Shown one piece after another: positions 1 through 11,198 of a DNA stretch of 58,482 nucleotides. Source of the DNA: Macrostomum lignano (taxonomy: Eukaryota); NCBI GenBank assembly GCA_002269645.1, contig NIVC01003540.1:1-58482 (forward strand), given 5' to 3'. The notes under the pieces are model-generated. The model worked only from the letters and a program-made list of their open reading frames with translations, made no database searches and was not told the origin of the DNA. A program made the position numbers and the translations under genes. Within the stretch, counting starts at the first letter, position 1, and each line of letters begins with the position of its first letter.

Positions 1-553
1 TCGATCTTTTTTTAATAACGATGTGGTCATCTCCACAACGTCTGAGATGCGTCTTTGTTTCTCTTAGACAAAGCCATGCTGGGATTTCAATAGTATATAC
101 AATCGAATGTGTGTGTAGTGTGTTTAGCGTTTTATTTTTGCTTTTATACAGCCGGCTAGGGTGGAAATGAAAGTTTCCAGAACGTAGTTAGCAAACAAGA
201 ACACACGGTGTACAAGCGGCAGGACCAGATCGCTAAATATGAAAACGAGCTAGCACCCAGACGTCACCCAGACGTCACCCAGACGTTAACTAGCTTCCGA
301 GCGATCGATTCCCTCCACCCGTTTGAAGTCCCTGTACATTTCCTTGGTTGATTGGGGATGTCAAAGCGGAAAGGAAAGCACGCGTGGAACTTGTACATTC
401 GCAAATCGATTAGAGGGCTGCGCTCCCTCAACAAATAGCAGTTACCCCACCCTTTTCAAAATGCACCTGTTGCGTTTGGCTGGCTGAGAATAATAGTTAA
501 GCCCTTCCCGACTCAAGCGCCTCTCTCTACCCCCAGCTCTTTCAGCAGTCTTC

Positions 554-1000
554 CTAGTACCTCGTTTGGAGCGCACAAAATAAACCCAGCTCCCTCTCTC
601 CCCGTGCAACCGCCCTCTCTCCCCAAACACCCACCCTCGCCGTCGATCCCCAACCCAGCTTTTTCTTACCAAAAATAACCGCCTTGACTAATTTCCGAGC
701 AATCGACTCACGAAATCCGCTTGAAGCCCCTATATTGTCTAGTCTCTTAAGCATTTCTTTGTCCCAGCGATTCTTCTCCTCAGGAAAATCTCTATATTTA
801 ACGTCGTGCCACATGCAGACAGAGTCTAGCTCGTTCACAGGCTCATGCCCAGGATTTGGATTATCGTTTGTATCTAACTGTATTTCAAGTGGATTCAAAG
901 GCCCGCAATATTTGTACCCGGGAAGTGTCCAGCCTTTGTTTGGATGAGGAAGCTTTTCTATCAGTCCATGTGAATCTAACTTACCACCAGAGCGTTGCAT
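554..1000 (-). CDS. Parvovirus VP1u-type phospholipase A2 domain protein (PLA2X-like), 148 aa
   Basis: LPGYKYCGPLN matches the Ca-binding loop (YxGPxN) and DSVCMWHDVKY the catalytic helix (DxxxxxHDxxY). Confidence 0.88.
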   Translation of the reverse strand: MQRSGGKLDSHGLIEKLPHPNKGWTLPGYKYCGPLNPLEIQLDTNDNPNPGHEPVNELDSVCMWHDVKYRDFPEEKNRWDKEMLKRLDNIGASSGFRESIARKLVKAVIFGKKKLGWGSTARVGVWGERAVARGERELGLFCALQTRY

Positions 1001-1029
1001 TATTTTATTTTAAATTTTCTTTTAAAAAA

Positions 1030-2061
1030 ATGACAGATCAGAAACTTAAAAAACTCTACTACAGCGACAAAGGATTCTTTGTAGGAAAAATGCAGTCACC
1101 AAACTCGCAGAACTAAGTAAGGAACCAAAAGCTAAAGTAGAAAAGTGGCTCTCTAAGCAGGCTGTCTTTCAAGTCTATTTCCCACCTGTTATATTTACAA
1201 GACCTCACTTTAGCATCTATAAACCTAATGAGGCGCACCAAGCAGACTTATTTTTTCCCCAATGACTCGGGCTACAAGTATGCTCTCACAATTACAGACG
1301 TTGCTTCCAGATATAAGGAAGCTCGCCCACTCAAGACGAAGAAGTCAGAGGTTGTTGCCAGCGCACTCCAAGATATTTATAAAAACTCACCCCTTAGTTA
1401 CCCTGAAATCTTTATGACGGACCCGGGTAAAGAATTCATGGGTGCAGTGAAATCACTTCTACATAAGCATGACACAAAAATTCGCTATGGCAGAACAAAC
1501 TTGCACAGAGACCAGGCTTTTGTGGAAAGATTCAATCTAACTCTAGCCAAGAGGCTATTCACTAAGCAGACAGCTGAGGAGCTGAAACTAAAAAGTGGTC
1601 AGTACTATTCAAAATGGACAGACCGGCTCCCACTGTTATAGAGCAACTGAACAATGAAGTCACACGTATGACTGGATTGAAACCATCCCATGCAATTAAA
1701 CAAGACACTGTCAAACTTAAGGCAACTCATAGAACAGACAACAACACTACAACCCAACAACACACACAACACAAAACACACCTCGAACTACCCTAAGCTT
1801 CCAGGAGTTGAATCACCATACATACTGACAAACTCTGAGTTTCTACGCTTTTTATATCTACCTGGAGAGCTAGAGAAAGACACCAAAAGAAGAGCTACAG
1901 ATCCATACTTCAGCCTTGATGTGCATAAAATAGACAGACATTTTACCTCCGACTCCGGTGATTATTACTTTTTATCTCAAGCCTTTAACCCTAAATCCCC
2001 CACGCGGTCATTCACTAGAGCTGAACTCCTAGTGATACCAGCTGACACAGAAATTAATTAA
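1030..2061 (+). CDS. Retroviral-type (rve, DDE) integrase, split by 4 frameshifts (~1090, ~1255, ~1628, ~1792)
   Basis: Stitched protein contains HQADL, ALTITDVASRY, TDPGKEF and FVERFNLTL, plus the C-terminal LYLPGELE..RRATDPYFS..RSFTRAELL typical of Polinton integrases. Confidence 0.9.
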
Positions 2062-2077
2062 AATATTAAAATAAAAA

Positions 2078-2524
2078 ATGACAAAGATTGAAACCAGAAC
2101 CATCAATAAACTCAATAAAATCATTGAATCAAAGAAACCAGGTATTATATCAATTAAAGGTGCCAAAGTAAAAATCGATCCCACGCAGCAAATACTTCAG
2201 TGTAATGAGCAAAGACACAGCATCACAGATGAAAAGTCAGGAGGAATCCTACCATTAGCAGCTCTTATTCCGATCATTGCAGGCGCTGTAAGTGCCGCAG
2301 GTGGTGTAGCTGGAGGTGTAGCAACTGCTGTTAAAGCTGGTAATGATAGAGCCCACCAGCTGGAATTGCAAAAGATTGCAAGAGATAAAGGTATAACAAT
2401 TAAGGCAGGAGAGGGCTGCCCGGATTTTGATGATTGTGAGCATGAAAATTCTGTAAGCAAGTCTGACATTGTCAAAGCAATCATGACACTACACAATGCT
2501 GGGTTTACAATAATGCGGATGTGA
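2078..2524 (+). CDS. Adenovirus pX/mu-like small virion protein, 148 aa
   Basis: KSGGILPLAALIPIIAGAVSAAGGVAGG resembles adenovirus pX (RGGILPLLIPLIAAAIGA), including the GG cleavage context. Confidence 0.7.
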   Translation: MTKIETRTINKLNKIIESKKPGIISIKGAKVKIDPTQQILQCNEQRHSITDEKSGGILPLAALIPIIAGAVSAAGGVAGGVATAVKAGNDRAHQLELQKIARDKGITIKAGEGCPDFDDCEHENSVSKSDIVKAIMTLHNAGFTIMRM

Positions 2525-2648
2525 TGAGGTTTAAAACCCCACTTTATCCAGCTTCATAAACCTAGCGCTACTTATAGGATGTAGAAACAGTTCAACTTTT
2601 CTATCAGGGTGGTCACCCTCAAAAATTTTGTTTATTTTAGAGAAAAAA

Positions 2649-5600
2649 ATGCCAAAAGCTAATCCAGCAAAAGATTTAGTCAACAAACATTTTGCGTCTC
2701 ATTTACCCTACCCTACAACCTTACAAGGCGTCTCATTTCAAGAAAAAGTAATTACTAAGAGAAGCATGCAAACAAAAGTTCAACACCGACCCTGGTCACC
2801 TGGGAAGCTATGAAAAACAGTTGGAAATCATCAAACAATTAGAATCCAACCAGTATGCGCCTATACAAAATCCTGCAAAGGAACACCAAGAGAGGAGTCG
2901 CAACTTGTTAACAAATATGAAACTCTCACTGGTGAAAAAGCAAAGTACCCACAAAATAAGCAGGAACAAGAGAAATTAGAGCAATTAATCCATTTAAAAG
3001 AGTCGGAGCTTGCCACTGAAGAGATTAATTTTGCACAGAGGAAGTTTACAGAACATTACATAGAGTACACAATCCCAATTAACGGCACCAACGGCACCAC
3101 CGCAAACATCTACGACTATAAAGACAGCATCCAATCAGTTGTTGATCACACACTCAAAACACGCAAGACCTTTAAACTACAGATATCATTCAAGATTGCA
3201 TTTTATATGCCTGCAAAACCCACTGAGCATCTCGAGTATTACATGACAACAAAGGCAAAGCCATTCACCCCTACAGACACACTGGATCCTTTCCTTCAAG
3301 ATGTCACTAAGAAAATTGAAGCGTTTACATCCAGAGGTTCCGGATGGGTCGTAGGAGGGATTCAAAGAGCAACTGTCATGGTCATGAAATATGACCCACT
3401 TAAAGCCTCCTCTTATATAGAGCTCCCGCATAAGCTAGCCGGTAAAAAAGCTTGCATAAATGTTAAAAATAAAGACAATTGCTGTGCTCTATGGGCAGTT
3501 CTTTCTGCACTTCTTCATGATAGTGTCCCTCACCACCCCGAAAGAACCTCAAATTATCAAAATTATTTCAACTACTATCTCATTGAATGCGAAAAGAAGG
3601 GAATCAGGTTTGACAAAGGAGGCTTGGCAATCTCTTAGATCCCAAAGCTAGAAGAAGTGTTTAATAACAAAATTAGAATCACAGTCTTTGAGTGGAGTGA
3701 GAAAACTGAAAAAGTTCAACTGGTCAGATGTAGCAAAGACGTTTTAGATCCTGAGGAAAAAAGGCGGACTGAAGTGGATCTTCTAGTGATTGGTAATTTA
3801 CTAGAGGAGGCTCACTATGTTTGGATTAAAGATCTTTCAAGACTCATTCACAAGCAGTTGAATAATCATCACGAGGCTGTTGCCATCTGCCGCTTGTGCC
3901 TTAAGCATTACAGTGGACCTGAACGCTTTGAAAAGCTAACAGAGCATGAATTATCATGCGAGGATCACCCGACAAACTGCTCTCTTCCTTCAGCTGAAGA
4001 GAAGTATCTCCGGTTTAAGAACTATCACAAGATGGAGAAGCTCCCATTTGTTGTATATGCTGATTTTGAATGCTCAATCATGCCAGAAACTCAAAAACAA
4101 ACTCAAACTCAAAAACATGTCCCCAATTCAGTAGCATATGCCTTTATTAATACAAAAGGACTTGTTGAGTATAATTATTTCTTTGGAGAGCAGTGTGTGG
4201 AGTAGTTTATTGCCAGAATGTTAGAGTTGCAAAGAGTAATTAGCACCCTTCAACCTGTTCCAATAAGTATGTCTGAGGAGGATGAAAGCAATTTCCTATC
4301 AGCAACTCATTGCCACATCTGCAGGAAACATTTAACTTGCACTAATATTAAAAACCCCACCGTTAGGGACCACTGCCACTTTACTGGGAAATTTAGAGGT
4401 GCAGCGCATAACACCTGTAATCTAAAGCTAAAATCGAACATTCATGATCTAACGATATTTTGTCACAACGCAAAGAACTATGACATGCATTTAATAGTTG
4501 AAAAAATCGGCATGATTCCAGACATACACCTTGACTGCATCGCAGAGAACAAGGAGAAGTTTAAGTGTGTTGATATTAAACAGGATAATTCGGGTAAAGG
4601 TGAAGGTTCGGGTACAGGTAAAATAAGACTGAAGGATTCATATCAATTTCTAGCTGCCAGTCTAGACGAACTAAGCAAGAATCTAAAAGATGAACAATGT
4701 ACATATACAAAGATATTTGCAAGTCAAATTAACAACAGTGATGAATCATTTAAACTTTTAAGAAAGAAAGGCTTCTACCCCTATGAAAATATTACTGGGT
4801 ATCATGTTTTGAAGGGACTACCACCACAGGAGAAGTTCTTTTCAAAGCTAACAGACTCTGGAATCTCTGACAAAGACTATGAGCACGCGAAGCATGTCTA
4901 TAATTACTTTAATTGTCAAAACTTCTTCCAGTATCACCTGCTTTACCTCTACACAGATGTGTTTCTGCTGGCTGATGTGTTTGAAACCTTCAGAGACACC
5001 TGGTACACAGCATATGGCCTCGATCCAGCACATTATGCGTCTCTGCCTGCCACTAGCTGGGAATCTTTGCTTAAAATGAAATGGGATCAAGATCCAGATT
5101 GGTACATTGAACTTCTTACAGACATTGACATGTACAATTTTGTCGAATCGTCAAAGCGAGGGGGAATCTCAATTTGCGTTAACAGGTATGCAAAAGCAAA
5201 CAATCCCTACATTGAATCTTACAATAAGGAGCAGCCCTCAAACTACATTACTTACTTGGACGCCAATAATCTCTACGGGTGGGCGATGAGTCAAGATCTT
5301 CCAGTTAGAGATTTTCGATGGCTACCCTCATCAGAATTCAAATGGGACTTTTCATTGGCTGCCATTTATGAGGTTGATGTTTACATTCCACCAGAGCTTC
5401 ACGACTATTTCTCTGACTTTCCACCCTTCCCAGAGAACATTAAGTGCCCGAAAATAATCGAAACTCCCAATGATAATAATGGAACTTGGCACCTGTCAGG
5501 AACAGAAAAAGAACATACAGAGAAACTAACACAGAATCTAAACAACAAGACACGTTACAAAATCCATTACAAACTGCTTCAATATTTTATCTCACTTGGT

Positions 5601-6560
5601 TGCAGGGTCACCAAAGTTCACAGGACTCTTAAATTTACAGAGGAAGCGTGGATGAAACCCTACATTGATAAGAACACCCAGTTTAGGACCAAAGCAACCA
5701 ACGACTTTGACAAGAACCTCTTTAAGTTAGCCAACAACTCCGTCTATGGCAAGACTCTTGAGAATGAGAGGAAAAGAACAAACCTGAAACTTGTTACCTC
5801 ATCAGAGCCTGCTGTTATTCAGGCAAATATGTCAAAGCCAACGTTCAAAGAACTCCATATCTTTAATAGCTACTTAGGTGTGATCATATTTTACAAAACC
5901 AAAGTGACGCTGCGCAAGCCGATCTATACAGGTGTCACTGTTCTCGACGAATCAAAACGTTTGATGTACCAGTTCTTCTATGGCATGAAGCAGCAGTACA
6001 AGGATAAAATGAAACTCTTGTACACTGACACAGACAGTTTTATTATGGACATTCAAACAGAGGACATTTATCAGGACATGCTGCAGCAAAAAGAGTTGTT
6101 TGACTTGTCTGAGTATGACGAATCTTGCAGGACGCTGAATGGTGATCAAGTGTTTGACGCCACTAACAAGAAAGTGATTGGGAAAATGAAGGACGAGATT
6201 GCTGGTGATATAATCACTGAATTCATTGGGTTGAGAGCAAAGTCCTATTTTGTAAAATGTGAGTCGTCAGACCCAATTAAAAAATCAAAGGGAATTCCGA
6301 AACGTGTGGTTAGGAAGGAAATTAATGAAGCTGAATACAGAGACGCCTTGAATTGCAACAAAAAGACATCACATGAGTTCTCAAAGCTACAATCTAAAAA
6401 CCATATTATTCACACAATTCAGCAAAAGAAGATTGGACTGTCAGGTGCAGATAACAAGAGATTCATTTTTGATGACAATATCAACAGTCTACCGTTCGGG
6501 CACTGGAGATTAGGCTTAGGAGATTGGTTTAGGAGGTTGAGGTTGGGTTTAGGAGATTAG
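2649..6560 (+). CDS. Protein-primed family B DNA polymerase with N-terminal terminal-protein region and endonuclease VII-like Zn motif; N-terminal frameshifts and in-frame TAG at 3636 and 4203
   Basis: RGSGW..YDPLKASSYIELP..CINVKNKD; ExoI YADFE; CHIC..RDHCHFTG..HNTCNL; ExoII HNAKNYD; pol motifs YLDANNLYGWAM, KLANNSVYGK and YTDTDS. Confidence 0.95.
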
Positions 6561-6617
6561 GAGATTGGGTTTAGGTTTAAGAGAAAGTTTAATAAACCTC
6601 ATAAAAATAACATAAAA

Positions 6618-7019
6618 ATGACGACAAATAACTTTCTGGAAGATTTGGCTAACGAACTGGAAATCCCAAACTTTAGAGGAATATTTATGAGGGACACTCT
6701 GCCTGATTTTCCTCTAAGAAAGGAATGCGGCATCATGAACTTTGACACCACCGATAAGCCAGGATCTCATTGGGTTTGCTGGGTGATTGATCCCGATCGC
6801 AAGCACAAGTGTTATTACTTCGATAGCTATGGGACGGCAGTACCAGAAGAGCTAAGAAATTATATGAAGGGAAAAAATAATACAAAAATTTACCACTCAG
6901 ACTTTATTCTTCAAGGTCTTAGCAGTGATATTTGCGGTGAGCTGTGCATGACTGTTTTGTATGCAATGACCAAAACACGAAAGACCTACAAGGAAATTAT
7001 TCGTACCTGTGTTTCATAG
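6618..7019 (+). CDS. Adenain-like cysteine protease (virion maturation), 133 aa
   Basis: GSHWVCW (His), YFDSYG (Asp) and QGLSSDICGELC (oxyanion Gln, catalytic Cys). Confidence 0.92.
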   Translation: MTTNNFLEDLANELEIPNFRGIFMRDTLPDFPLRKECGIMNFDTTDKPGSHWVCWVIDPDRKHKCYYFDSYGTAVPEELRNYMKGKNNTKIYHSDFILQGLSSDICGELCMTVLYAMTKTRKTYKEIIRTCVS

Positions 7020-7023
7020 GGGT

Positions 7024-7680
7024 TCATTGTGCATTTCTCGTTGTACTTCTCGTTGTCCTTCTTTCCACATAATGTTGAAGAACTTTCTCGAGTTCATTTC
7101 TCAGCTGACTCATGTCATCAGTACCGACCATGTTCAAGTTCATTCGAATTGATTGTTCATAAAGATCCTGAATGGTTTTGAACTCATCCTCTGAAATGAA
7201 CTTATCCTCGATTGCCCTTGAAATGTACCCTATGATTGATGTGTGCACCCCTTTCTCTTTTACTTGCTTCTCCTGTAGCTGCTTTAGTTTTTTTCGCCTG
7301 TTTCGCGCTACTGCTCCAGTAATTGCTGAAATAAGTCCACATGCAGCACCCACAGAGCCGAGTGGGATTGCGATTGGGGCTGTGATGACTGGCAACACTG
7401 AGACAGCTGCAGCAGATCCAGATAGAACAGACACAGATCCTAGAATCATATTGCTGTAGTCGAAAAATTTACAGTGGCTGTCATAGCGCTTAATTTTCTT
7501 TGTGTTGTGGAAAATATTTTTTTCAAGATCATCGCGCATTTTTTGAATCTCCACTAGTCGAAACTGTTGAGAGTTACAAGTAATGACGGGGTAGAGTTTT
7601 TGTTGCTCATATTGGGGTGCACTAGGTGCACTAGGTGTTGTGGGAGCGTTCGGATCATAAAGAGAATTTTGAGCATCCAT
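7024..7680 (-). CDS. Putative membrane-active virion protein (resembles the Polinton 'GasderminX' type), 218 aa
   Basis: N-terminal PSAPSAP and LYP motifs, FRLVEI, a long Gly/Ala hydrophobic hairpin followed by a basic stretch, and ISRAIEDKFISEDEF. Confidence 0.65.
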   Translation of the reverse strand: MDAQNSLYDPNAPTTPSAPSAPQYEQQKLYPVITCNSQQFRLVEIQKMRDDLEKNIFHNTKKIKRYDSHCKFFDYSNMILGSVSVLSGSAAAVSVLPVITAPIAIPLGSVGAACGLISAITGAVARNRRKKLKQLQEKQVKEKGVHTSIIGYISRAIEDKFISEDEFKTIQDLYEQSIRMNLNMVGTDDMSQLRNELEKVLQHYVERRTTRSTTRNAQ

Positions 7681-7790
7681 TTTTTAGGGAATTTTTTAAA
7701 AAAAATCGGCAACTATAGTTGGTGGTGGTTAGATTTGTTTTACGGTTGATTGCTTCGTCTGCAGTGACGGCAACAGGTCTCTGAATCTGC

Positions 7791-8533
7791 CTATTCATTA
7801 TCTGTGAGCTCCATTCTACGCATGATCTCAAACAAGTCGGTTGGATCACTTGTTTCCCTTGTGGTCTGTGGTGCCTCTTCAGCGTCAATGTTTTTGAGAT
7901 TATGCAAGCGTTCAAGACGACCGATTCTTCTCACCGATTTCTGCCATTCGTAAAAACTAAATCTACAAAGACTTTATTTGCAGTAATTCTTACTTTGATT
8001 TGATCATGCAACGCTGTTGACTGAGTCATGAACTCTTCTAAATTCCTCACTTTACCTGTGTTGGTTGCGACGTTTTCTTTAATTCTATCATGCAACGCTG
8101 TTGACTGGTTCATGAACTCTTCTAAATTATTCACTTTAGCTGTGTTTGTGAAAACTCCTTCTTCAAGAATGCGCATCCGCCTATCAATGGAGTTTCTCAG
8201 AAGATTAATTGTCGATGCTAAATTTGTTCTTAAACCGTTGATTTGCGAGACTGCCGAAGTTATTTCTGACCTTAGTTCATTAGTTGCGTGTACAACCTGT
8301 ACATAAAGCTTATCACTTTCAAACTTCTGCCTGGCTACTTTTATGCGGAGATCTTCTATGTTTATCTGTAGCTGGTGCATGGAGCGCTCTAATTGTTTCA
8401 GTCTGTTTTTATTCAGTTTGATCTCTGGGATCTTTTCGTCGCTGTTGATATATCGCCTGTCAAGTATGGATATTTGAGCTGATGTAAGAGCGCTGTTGCC
8501 AGAAATGGATTCACCTGCAAAGTTTATTGACAT
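7791..8533 (-). CDS. Coiled-coil protein with an internal 28-aa duplication; probable frameshift at ~7955 extends it to a stop at 7791
   Basis: 200-aa ORF with heptad character and the repeat TNT(A/G)KVxNLEEFMxQSTALHD. Adding one base in the A5 run at 7952-7956 continues it as YEWQKSVRRIGRLERL... Confidence 0.6.
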
Positions 8534-8549
8534 CTTTTAATAGCAAATT

Positions 8550-9349
8550 TTAAATTACAGTTCTTTTTTCTTTGCTGATAATCACAAACTGGTAAGGCTG
8601 ATTCCACTTGTCATAGCAAAGATTAACGAATTCCTCTTGTGAAATCTTTCTGCTTGAGTTTTTTGTTGGATTTATGAAATAGGCAGGCGCAATGACCTCA
8701 TTGTAAAATCTTTTTAACCTGTCCTGTGGAATGGTTGGAAACAGGAGAATCAGATTGCAGTTCCCGCGAATTGTTTTGTTCGGGAGCTCGAACCAGTTCT
8801 GTGCAATGTAAATTACATTACAATTGTTATGTCGTCCTCTTGTAAAATAGTTTTCTATCTGCTTCTGTGGGCCTGTCATACAATCATCAAAGACGATCAA
8901 ATGCTTTCTCCCCTTTTCTAGCTCATCTGGTTGGGGTAGAAGTTTGTTCTTTGGATCAGCCTGTGGATCTCCATAGGTGAACACTTTAATGTTCTGCCAT
9001 TTTTCATTGTCTTTGAGGTGCTTTGAATATTCAGCAGCTACAATTTCTGGGTTACTGGGAAGGCTCATTTGGTTATTAAAACATGCAATAATGTCCTCTT
9101 TGTTCAGCTTGTTTTGAAACCCTGCAATCAACATTCTATACTCATCTTGATACAGTGTGGGAGAGTAGATGTGCAGAGTGTCATAGTCGATAAAGCCAGG
9201 TCTAAGAAGCATGTTAAAGACTCTGAATGTTTACCTGAACCTGATGAACCAACAACAATGCATCTGAAATGACTCGGAATTGACTCGTGATGAGAAAACT
9301 TAATCTGATTACGCGTCCAGTGAGGATTGAAGTCGTTTGAAAAGTCCAT
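8550..9349 (-). CDS. A32/FtsK-like genome packaging ATPase (frameshift at ~9230)
   Basis: Walker A VVGSSGSGK(T), Walker B LIVFDD, and TRGRHNNCNVIYIAQ motif. Confidence 0.92.
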
Positions 9350-9387
9350 TTTTTCTATGAAAAAAATTAAATAATAAATCATTTAGA

Positions 9388-9595
9388 TGTGTCATTTCGG
9401 GACTTGAATGTGTCGTTTTGGGACTTAGATGTGTCATTTTGGGACTTGGATGTGTTATTTTGGGACTTAGATGTGTCATTTTGGGACTTAGATGTGTCAT
9501 TTTGGGACTTAGATGTGCCATTTTGGGACTTAGATGTGTCATTTTGGGACTTAAATGTGTCATTTTGGGACTTAGATGTGTCATTTCGGGACTAG
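9388..9595. repeat. 21-bp tandem array (~10 copies) inside the Polinton, upstream of the ATPase gene
   Basis: Unit GGACTTAGATGTGTCATTTTG; translates as THLSPKM repeats. Confidence 0.92.
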
Positions 9596-9618
9596 TCTTG
9601 TACCCTCGGAAAGTACCT

Positions 9619-10008
9619 TTAGTCAAATTTGAAACCACTTCCTTTTTTAATGCTTGCTCTCATCTTCTCATAGACTGCAGGGTCCACACTGTCTGGATTT
9701 GGGGCCAGCGGGGCCAGCGGGGCCAGTGGAGGTTGAATCTCTTGTTTAGGTGTTACAGTATCCTTTATCTTTTTGGCTGCTGTGGCTACACTGCCAGCCG
9801 CTTCGGCAACGTTCTTGATGTTCTCTTTGTTCTCTCCAATGACCTTAAAAATCTTAGCCCCCTGAGCGATCAAATCAGCAAGGCCATTCCCAGAGCGTTC
9901 TTTTCTTGGATAGTGGCCTGCAGGGAAAAGTCCAGATCCGCGTTTAATGAGATTAAGTTCCTCTTTGTCATAGTATTTGTCAATGTCTTTTTCGAAAATA
10001 AGAGGCAT
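9619..10008 (-). CDS. Small core-like virion protein (129 aa, MPLIFEKD...KKGSGFKFD)
   Basis: AAAAATG start at 10008 inside the 411-aa ORF; three GxG motifs (KRGSG, RSGNG, KKGSG). Confidence 0.55.
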   Translation of the reverse strand: MPLIFEKDIDKYYDKEELNLIKRGSGLFPAGHYPRKERSGNGLADLIAQGAKIFKVIGENKENIKNVAEAAGSVATAAKKIKDTVTPKQEIQPPLAPLAPLAPNPDSVDPAVYEKMRASIKKGSGFKFD

Positions 10009-10024
10009 TTTTACTTGAAATAAA

Positions 10025-11135
10025 TTATTTTTTGTTGAACCGCGAAAGCAGAAGCTCTCTCGCCTCTTATCGATGTATTTTCTCTCAAGCATTTTGTCCA
10101 GGATGTTGACAAATTCTTTTCTATTTTCATCTTTCATTCCGGTCTTTGCCGCTCCTAGAAGAACCGCTACTCGCTTGTAGAATTCAGGCATGCCTTTTCC
10201 GGAAGAGCTTGGAGGTGATTCGAATGATTGGTCAGAGGAGGAACTGTCATGTGGCGCTTGTCTTTGTTGAGGTGTGAATACTCTGTCATTGATTCGCTTC
10301 ATTCGTTCTGGGGAGAGCCGCTCTAATTGTCGCCAAGTATCAGGGTTCGTATCTTTGTACTGCGAAACAACAATCGGTTCTGCGGCGTCAAGTTGATCAA
10401 GTACTTGTTCAACCTGGGTTTTTTGTTGCTGTGGAGGTGGTGGTTGCTGTGGTTGCTGCTGTTGTTGTGGTTGCTGCTGTTGTTGTCTTATGACCTCTTC
10501 TTGATCTGGCAAACCAAACCATTGTTTAAAGTATTTGTATTTTCTAAACCTGTTCAAGTCAATCCTGTTTTCATGTAAAACTTTCAAAACACCGTTGTTC
10601 TTGAGCATATCTATATCCCTCTCTAAAGCGAAGGTAACAAGATCTTTGTAATTTTCGAACTGCTTTTTAGACGTTTTCTCTAGATTTTTAGTCATGTAGT
10701 CGAGTAAACTTTGAGTGAAGGGGATTCGTTTAGTTTCTGCGCCTTTATTGATTAAAATATTTTCCTTTGTCACTTCAATGTTGTAATCCGCCGGTTCCCC
10801 GGTAATATTTTTTCGCCAGGCGCTAATTCCAAAAATATATTTTCCATCATCCAATACGGGACCAAAAAGTTATCCGTCACTTTCATCTGCACTGGTTGTC
10901 CTGGTTCCTGAGCCTGTGGTTGTCCCGGTGAAGATGGGATTTTACCCAATGTGTTTTGCAAGTGGCTCTCTTGAATATCATCAACTGCTTCCTTCACAGT
11001 GTCGAGGTTTTTCTTCGCTTCTGTGTATCCGGGTTTGTGAAATTCGGTGGCTGCTTGGACAAACTCATTGTAGGATTGTTGCTCCTTATTTATTAGCCCG
11101 GTAACTCGTTTCTCTGCTTGTGCTAGCTTCTCCAA
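10025..11135 (-). CDS. Polinton conserved uncharacterised protein with Q/P-rich linker (frameshifts at ~10866 and ~10068; start uncertain)
   Basis: Repair gives DNFFGPVLDDGKYIFG and C-terminal RVAVLLGAAKTG..EFVNILDKMLE, ending at TAA 10025-10027. Confidence 0.55.
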
Positions 11136-11198
11136 TTCAGATATCTGCTGTGTACTTTTTCGCTTCGTTTCTTATTTTATTTTATTTTTAGTTAAAAA

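Noticed and set aside
1-150. Minus-strand ORF starting at ACG (130) in AAAAACG context and running off the window
   Set aside because: Too short and truncated to support; the start codon is non-canonical.
3636-4205. TAG readthrough or recoding in PolB
   Set aside because: Only two TAGs are involved, an apparent in-frame TAA also occurs in the N-terminal part, and TAG ends other genes normally. Mutation or sequencing error is simpler.
9619-10854. A single 411-aa protein
   Set aside because: Better explained as two genes fused by a frameshift at ~10068, with an internal AAAAATG at 10008 and a TAA at 10025.
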